NCBI GenBank assembly: GCA_964016885.1
Contig: OZ024741.1
Span: 159,030,001 to 159,094,000 of the forward strand
DNA length: 64,000 nt
Source of the DNA: Eledone cirrhosa
Taxonomy: Eukaryota
Direction of reading: 5' to 3'
The number at the start of each line of letters is the position of its first letter. Position 1 is the first letter of the stretch. A program made the position numbers and the translations under genes. Below, piece after piece: positions 55,480-64,000 of this stretch. The notes beneath the pieces were generated by a model. That model had not been told where the DNA came from. It saw only the letters and a program-made list of their open reading frames with translations, and searched no databases.

Positions 55480-58400
55480 CCCCACCACTACCATCACTCC
55501 CACCTTTACCACTGCCATCACCCCAACTACCACTGCTATCACCCTCACCATTACCACTACCATCATCACTACTAACACTAACATCACCCCACCCCCACTA
55601 CAACTACCACTGCCATCACCCTCACCATTACCATCACCACTATCACCATTACCACTACTAACACTACCATCATCACTACTAACACTAACATCACCCCACC
55701 CCCACTACAACTACCACTGCCATCACCCTCACCATTACCATCACCACTATCACCATTACCACTACCATCATCACTACTAACACTACCATCACTCCACCCC
55801 CACTACAACTACCACTGCCATCACCCTCACCACTACCATCACCACTATCACCATTACCACTACTAACACTACCATCATCACTACTAACACTAACATCACC
55901 CCACCCCCACTACAACTACCACTGCCATCACCCTCACCGCTACCATCACCACTATCACCATTACCACCACCATCATCACTACTAACACTACCATCACCCC
56001 ACCCCCACTACAACTACCACTGCCATCACCCTCACCACTACCATCACCACTATCACCATTACCACCACCATCATCACTACTAACACTACCATCACCCCAC
56101 CCCCACTACAGCTACCACTGCCATCACCCTCACCGCTACCATCACCACTATCACCATTACCACCACCATCATCACTACTAACACTACCATCACCCCACCC
56201 CCACTACAACTACCACTGCCATCACCCTCACCACTACCATCACCACTATCACCATTACCACCACCATCATCACTACTAACACTACCATCACCCCACCCCC
56301 ACTACAACTACCACTGCCATCACCCTCACCACTACCATCACCACTATCACCATTACCACTACTAACACTACCATCACCCCACCCCCACTACAACTACCAC
56401 TGCCATCACCCTCACCACTACCATCACCACTATCACCATTACCACCACCATCATCACTACTAACACTACCATCACCCCACCCCCACTACAACTACCACTG
56501 CCATCACCCTCACCACTACCATCACCACTATCACCATTACCACCACCATCATCACTACTAACACTACCATCACCCCACCCCCACTACAACTACCACTGCC
56601 ATCACCCTCACCACTACCATCACCACTATCACCATTACCACCACCATCATCACTACTAACACTACCATCACCCCACCCCCACTACAACTACCACTGCCAT
56701 CACCCTCACCACTACCATCACCACTATCACCATTACCACTACTAACACTAACACCACCCCACCCCCACTACAACTACCACTACCATCACCACTATCACCA
56801 TTACCACCACCATCATCACTACTAACACTACCATCACCCCACCCCCACTACAACTACCACTGCCATCACCCTCACCACTACCATCACCACTATCACCATT
56901 ACCACCACCATCATCACTACTAACACTAACATCACCCCACCCCCACTACAACTACCACTGCCATCACCCTCACCGCTACCATCACCACTATCACCATTAC
57001 CACCACCATCATCACTACTAACACTACCATCACCCCACCCCCACTAGAACTACCACTGCCATCACCCTCACCGCTACCATCACCACTATCACCATTACCA
57101 CCACCATCATCACTACTAACACTACCATCACCCCACCCCCACTACAACTACCACTGCCATCACCCTCACCACTACCATCACCACTATCACCATTACCACC
57201 ACCATCATCACTACTAACACTACCATCACCCCACCCCCACTACAACTACCACTGCCATCACCCTCACCACTACCATCACCACTATCACCATTACCACTAC
57301 TAACACTAACACCACCCCACCCCCACTACAACTACCACTGCCATCACCACTATCACCATTACCACCACCATCATCACTACTAACACTACCATCACCCCAC
57401 CCCCACTACAACTACCACTACCATCACCACTATCACCATTACCACCACCATCATCACTACTAACACTACCATCACCCCACCCCCACTACAACTACCACTA
57501 CCATCACCACTATCACCATTACCACCACCATCATCACTACTAACACTACCATCACCCCACCCCCACTACAACTACCACTGCCATCACCCTCACCACTACC
57601 ATCACCACTATCACCATTACCACCACCATCATCACTACTAACACTACCATCACCCCACCCCCACTACAACTACCACTGCCATCACCCTCACCACTACCAT
57701 CACCACTATCACCATTACCACTACTAACACTAACACCACCCCACCCCCACTACAACTACCACTACCATCACCACTATCACCATTACCACCACCATCATCA
57801 CTACTAACACTACCATCACCCCACCCCCACTACAACTACCACTACCATCACCACTATCACCATTACCACCACCATCATCACTACTAACACTACCATCACC
57901 CCACCCCCACTACAACTACCACTACCATCACCACTATCACCATTACCACCACCATCATCACTAACACTACCATCACCCCACCCCCACTACAACTACCACT
58001 GCCATCACCCTCACCACTACCATCACCACTATCACCATTACCACCACCATCATCACTACTAACACTACCATCACCCCACCCCCACTACAACTACCACTGC
58101 CATCACCTCACCACTACCATCACCACTATCACCATTACCACTACTAACACTAACACCACCCCACCCCCACTACAACTACCACTGCCATCACCTCACCACT
58201 ACCATCACCACTATCACCATTACCACTACTAACACTACCCCACCCCCACTACAACTACCACTGCCATCACCTCACCACTACCATCACCACTATCACCATT
58301 ACCACTACTAACACTAACACCACCCCACCCCCACTACAACTACCACTGCCATCACCTCACCACTACCATCACCACTATCACCATTACCACTACCATCATC

Positions 58401-58740
58401 ACTACTAACACTACCATCACCCCACCCCCACTACAACTACCACTGCCATCACCTCACCACTACCATCACCACTATCACCATTACCACTACTAACACTACC
58501 ATCACCCCACCCCCACTACAACTACCACTGCCATCACCCTCACCACTACTATCACCACTATCACAATTATCATCACCATCATTACCAATTACACCACCCT
58601 CACCACAACTACCATTGCTATCACCCTCATCACCACTATCACCATTACCACCAACATCACCACCACCACCACCATCATTGCAACTACCGCTGCTATGCCC
58701 TTCACCACTATCACCATTACCACCACTAACACCACCACCA
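55480..58740 (+). repeat. ACC/ACT-rich compound minisatellite, about 98-bp main unit with length variants
   Basis: ccatcaccccacccccactacaactacc recurs at 55991, 56089, etc.; almost no G on the + strand. Confidence 0.95.
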
Positions 58741-59229
58741 TAATAAAAAAACACTGCTTTAATAAAGAGCATGAATGAATGAATAATAAAACGTCTATTA
58801 AAAGTCTTCATTTGCTTCAAGTTCGAAATGGTGAGCAGCAGCAGCAGCAACAAATCTGAAGGTGATGGTATGACGTCATATGATCAGCACCACTACCGTA
58901 AAGTACCTTTCAACAAAACACACTAATGTCTTATAAATGAGAAAAATGAGTTTTATGTTCTACAAGCATCATCATGTTACATTCACCTTCCATGCCAGGA
59001 TGGGTTTGACAGAGCCAAGTCATGTTTTATACAGTTACTACTCCCTTTGGACAGGTTTGAAGGACCACATCTCATTCAAACGTACCAATTCTGGGAACAA
59101 TTCCTATGGTTAAACTCATTTCCTAACACTAATCTCTTTACAGAATATGCTGGGAACATTTTATTGTGGCACCCACACCAGAGAGGTTAAGTCATCAACA
59201 AGATTAAAGAGCTAACACCAGGAAAATGG

Positions 59230-60530
59230 CCAATCTCAATATGCATAAAAGATAGAGATAGAAGTTCCTGACAATGTGCCCAGTGTGAACATTGGAGTCA
59301 CAAGAGATGTTGTGAGATCATGAGCAAACTGACTGTAAAGGTAGATTTCCTATGTGACATGTGCACAATAGAGCTAACAGTAAAGGTACTCAAGAAATAA
59401 ACTCTGTCAAATGTTCAGAAGGCTTGCTAAAAGTAGTAGAAAGTTTTTGCTATCTAGATGATAACATTAACCATGGCAGAGGATGTACCAAGTGTTATAA
59501 CTAAAGTGAGAACAGGATGGAAGAAGTAAAAGGAGCTGTTACTTTTACTGGCAACAAAAGGCCTCTTTCTCCAAGTGAAGGGCAAATAATATGATATTTA
59601 TGTGTAAATTGCTATGCTACATGACAGAAAGATGTAGGCTTTACTTGCAGAATATTTGAAGCAAAATGGAATGAGGCATGCATGCTCCACTGAATGTGTA
59701 ATTTTTAGTGTACATGAACAACCGAGTGCATGTGGACTGAGTGAAAAACTGAGTATAAGAGGAATCAAATGTAGTGTACAAGAAGGACAACTGCAATGAC
59801 ATGGTTATGTGATGCATTATGATTGTGAAAGATTTATAAAGAAGTGTCATGTGCTCAAAGTGGATGGAACCTGTGGCAGAGACCAAAGGAGACATAGGAT
59901 AATGTTGTGTAGAATGGCCTCAGGATCAAGCTGACTGGTAATTTGTCATACTACAAAAGACCTGCCCACTAGTATAAACACTGAGACACTCAAAGTTAAT
60001 ATGTCATGACATCAGAAACTACATGGAGTGGAGAGGGCCTTTAGCTGGCAGTGGACATGATGACCTCTGCCATAATAGAACACACTCAATACTCTCTCCT
60101 CTCATACATACTGAGTGAACACACCAAGACAATATTAGGGCATTGTTAGAATGCACCCAGTGCAATCTGTAATGTGATTGGCAATCCATCAGAGACAATG
60201 TAGGGTAGAGTCTAGTTGTGCATATAACAACCTATCTAGTGCGGTGATAAAATACACCCAGTATACTCTGTCAATAAAATACTATGTAAGGTGGTAGAGC
60301 TGGAGCATGACAAAATGCACCCAGTAAACTTTGTAGATTGGTAGTGCTGATGCCACAATAAAACATACCCATCAAGGTGATCGGTATCAGGAAGGGCATT
60401 CAATCATACAAACCATGCTAAATATGGAATGTATGAGCAAGATAAGGTCATTCTGACCTGTCTAGTTTTGACTATGACAACCTGTCCAACCCATGCCAGC
60501 AAGGATGGTTGATATAAAATGATAATGAAT
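59230..60530 (+). mobile_element. Old RTE LINE 3' fragment with modules and tail
   Basis: Decayed similarity to the RTE copies at 29640-30330 and to the SINE/RTE tail. Confidence 0.7.
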
Positions 60531-61037
60531 AGGCTTCCACCCAATTTCTGTCTACTAACTTCCACTATCAAAGCATTGGTCAACCTAACACTATCACAGA
60601 GGTCACTTTCCCAGGGTTTCATGAGGTGGAATTGAAACCAGAACCATGGCGTTTTGAAGCAAACTTCTCGATCATGTAGCCATGTTTCTTAAAAGAATGA
60701 ATGTATGTTGTAATTCACTTCTGGATATTTAATGCCAGTAATAATTTAAAAAACAAAAAGCATAGACAGGAGGGTCACAACTGTAACATGGTCAAACAAT
60801 GAATATCTAGCATAGAAGATCAATAGCAAACATGAAGCAATGGAATTGTAGATTGACACTAGCCATTGAATACCTAGTTGACATTGGCATGACATATGGA
60901 TGGACAAAACTGTAACCATTTCTAAGAATTGGAAAAGGCCCCCCCAAAAAAATTAAGAGTTATAAAAAATAATGCTACTTTTAAATGCTACGTGGCAATC
61001 TTCAACACACACAAAAAAAAAAAATATTAATGTAGAG

Positions 61038-61319
61038 CAGTATTTCCCAAAATGGGTTCCACAAACATATGGGATTCTGTGAAAAATCTTGGATGTGCGT
61101 GAAAACTCTCTGGTGTTGTGCGAAATAAGGTTTCATTTAATAAAATGGAAATTTCTTTTTTCTATGAATGAATTATCTCTCTAAAACATTTGTGTTTAAT
61201 CTACTGTTTTATTAAAATAAGGGTGGTGGGAGATTATCCAGAAAAATATAAGTATGGATTCCACAACTTTTGTAAAACCATATAATAATTCCATAGCAAA
61301 ATAAGTTTGGAAAGCACCG
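61038..61319. mobile_element. hAT MITE
   Basis: Imperfect TIRs cagtatttcccaaa / tttggaaagcaccg; perfect 8-bp TSD atgtagag (61030-61037, 61320-61327). Confidence 0.85.
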
Positions 61320-61425
61320 ATGTAGAGTTATACTGAGTAGCAGTTCATTAAAGTTACATTTTAATCTGTGAGAAAAAGGTCAATGTTTATGAGAAATTGA
61401 TAAGCAGAGAAGAAATATTACTTAC

Positions 61426-61540
61426 GCCGGAATGGTACAGAGATAAATCATCACCTTCTTATATTGTTCATCTGTGATTTCTGGTATCCCAGGGACATCG
61501 GGAAATGTGAGTATAGGTGCTCCGTTGCGAGCCTTGCCAC
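61426..61540 (-). CDS. MCF2L: DBS/MCF2L-like Rho-GEF, SEC14/CRAL-TRIO domain exon (first exon seen in window)
   Basis: Minus strand: pyrimidine tract ...tctcttctactAG|GTGGCAAG...ATTCCGGC|GTAAGT; 115 nt, phase 1 to phase 2; translates (G)GKARNGAPILTFPDVPGIPEITDEQYKKVMIYLCTIP(A), matching from memory the GG..G.P.ITFPD.P...EI.D......M.YL..IP segment of the DBS/MCF2L SEC14 domain. Confidence 0.9.
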
Positions 61541-62268
61541 CTAGTAGAAGAGATAGAAAGAAAGGGAAAATGATCATCATTATCATCACTGTTTAACGTT
61601 TATTTCCAATGCTTGCATGGGTTAGATAGGCTGTCATGTTATGAGGCGAGACAAGTCAGGTGTGACCATGTCTTGCTTATACATTCCATTTTTAGTTTGG
61701 TTTTCTATGGCTAATTGCCCTTCCAAATGCTAACTACATTACAGTGTGTACTGGGAGCTTTTTTGTGGCACCAGTATAACCACCTTATGGGATGGAATGG
61801 GTGCTTTTTCTCATGGTACCAGTATGATGACCTTACAGAGTAGGCTGGGTGCATTTTATTGTAGCACTGGTATGAACACCATAAAGGGTGGACTGGGTTT
61901 TTTTTTTTTTTGTGGCACCAGTGCAACCACTTTACAAGACAGACTGGGTGCTTTTTATCATGGCATCAACACAACTACCTTCGGCTAAGATCAAACTGAA
62001 ATAAATAAAACAGTTCAATGTATATAAACAAATAAAGAAAATAAGTTTCATGTGAAAGCTTCAATAGTTGAGAGGTTAAGGTGTTGAACTACCAACCACA
62101 TGGTACTAAGTTCTAACTTCACTATAGCCATTTTACAGCCAAGAAATTTCTGCTTGCCTCAATTTGCTTGAGTCACAATTGAGGTTACCTTTATTTTACA
62201 GTTGAATGATTACCACTATAAAGGAGTATGTAGATGTAAAAACTTTAATTTGCTCTGACAACCAGACA

Positions 62269-62553
62269 TTAATTACAAGTTTTAATTTTCTCAATGTATT
62301 CCTTCTCAGCTGTACAAAACAGGCATTTTCTTATATAAGGTCTACATCTTTCAAGAATGCTCCACCTCATACCATGTTTTGCACTGAGCTCATTCAGTTT
62401 CCAAATATGGTTGGTCAATGGTGAAGAAGTTCGCTTGTTAGTGTATTTTAAGGACATGTTCTTGTTCAAAATCCTGTGTTTGAATTTACCCATGACCATA
62501 CCAATATAAAAGTTCTTCTCCACTAGTTGGTTGAGGTAGCAGAAAGAAGACAA
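62269..62553 (-). mobile_element. Penelope-like element GIY-YIG endonuclease fragment (decayed)
   Basis: ORF ...FYIGMVMGKFKHR...LTNHIWKLNE....RWSILERCRPY..KCLFCTAEK: YIG..G.FK.R, HIW.L, W.IL and C.LC..EK motifs typical of PLE endonuclease C-termini. Confidence 0.75.
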
Positions 62554-63169
62554 TGAATAATGAGGTCCTAAATGTAGTGTGTCTAACTAAATGATGAGAT
62601 GGCTACAGCAGCACTGATTTTTATCATAGATCTGCTCCATCAGGGCTGAGTATTGGGAATACTAAACAACATCACAATGTTTAACTTCAATCCATGTAGC
62701 ACCTTGGGCAAGGGAGGGTCAACTATAGACTTGAGCTGACCAAAAACTTGTGAGTGAAATTTGGTAGACAGAAACTGTACAAAAGGAACAGAAGGAAGGT
62801 TATTTTTTTTTGGGGGGTGGGGGAACACTGCTTGGACAGCTGGTGGCATTTGTTTATGTCCAGCAGCTTAGCAGATTAGTGGGTCAAGTAATTTACTTGA
62901 AAACAAGAATGGGTTGGATCAGGAAGAGCACTCAGCCCTAGAAAAACTGCCTTAAAAAGTTTTATCAAGCTCATGCCAGCATGGAAAAGGAGACATAAAA
63001 ATGATTATTATTATAATCTTCATTATTGTGCCTAGAACCAATGATTATCTTCATTGTCATCGTCACCATTATCATTGTCATTATCATCATCATTGTCATC
63101 CTCATCCTTTAGATTTTGTTGGGTCAGCTGCCAAGTCTAAAATTCATTCTGGTAGTTCCACAAGACATT

Positions 63170-63263
63170 ACAAACCCCCTTCACAATCCTGACCTAAGTG
63201 TTTCCATCGATATAACAAACCCCCTTCACAATCCTGACCTAAGTGTTTCCATCGATATAACAA
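63170..63263 (+). repeat. 45-bp tandem duplication
   Basis: acaaacccccttcacaatcctgacctaagtgtttccatcgatata x2. Confidence 0.9.
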
Positions 63264-63552
63264 GCCCCCGCCACAATTCTTTTATTTTATGTTAACGTTG
63301 ATTAAAATGTCAGTCTTATTGTTTGTTTAGTTTTTTCAGGCTTTTTGAACTTGTTATAAAATTATATGTTTAAACCAGTACCTAAAGACAAGCAAATATG
63401 TATGTGTTTATATGTAGCTATATAATACATATGTATATATATATATTTGTAATGTATGTATATATATATTTGTAATGTATGTATATATATATATATATAT
63501 ATATTTGTATATGTATGTGTGTGTATATATATATATATACATACATGCACAC

Positions 63553-63598
<46 letters not shown>

Positions 63599-64000
63599 TA
63601 TATATGTGCATATGTGTGTCTGTTCACCTTAATGCCGACACATATGCCCACATTCACATGCATATTATGCAGATGAAAAGATATAGATCTAAAATCTTTC
63701 ATCTTAAATAAATACAACATTCAAATTTATTTGTTATATTTTTTAAACTTCTAAATCACAAAAGCTGATATTTAGCAAAATTTCTGTCTGACGCATTTAT
63801 TTAAACTTCCCTATTAATTTCTTCACAATTGTAATTGTAGTGGAATCAAAGAAAAAAAAAATGTTTTAAAAAAGACATTTTCAATAAATACTTTTTATTT
63901 GATATGTTTCATCATTAAGATTTAATTTTTAATGTTTTATTAGAATTTTTTGAAATTCTATTTTGAGAGAAAAATAAATCTATAATGATCGGCAGATAAT

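Overview
AT-rich, repeat-dense eukaryotic genomic DNA. A cephalopod/octopus-like origin is my inference from the CORE-type SINEs, RTE LINEs and abundant microsatellites; it is not proven. The whole window appears to lie inside one minus-strand host gene, a DBS/MCF2L-like Rho-GEF. Four exons of its N-terminal SEC14/CRAL-TRIO domain are visible (61426-61540, 24650-24740, 9704-9817, 3979-4095), plus a strong 9-nt microexon candidate (50688-50696). The introns hold decayed RTE, Tx1 and Penelope-like retroelements, SINEs, hAT and TTAA-type MITEs, and minisatellites. The most notable non-obvious signal is a set of type-I hammerhead ribozyme motifs in small (TA)n-embedded elements with inverted tails. 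The main one is a 466-bp x5 tandem array (44551-46914) with one minimal hammerhead per unit, in host-sense orientation (retrozyme/Penelope-pLTR-like). Almost all ORFs in the supplied track are repeat artefacts.
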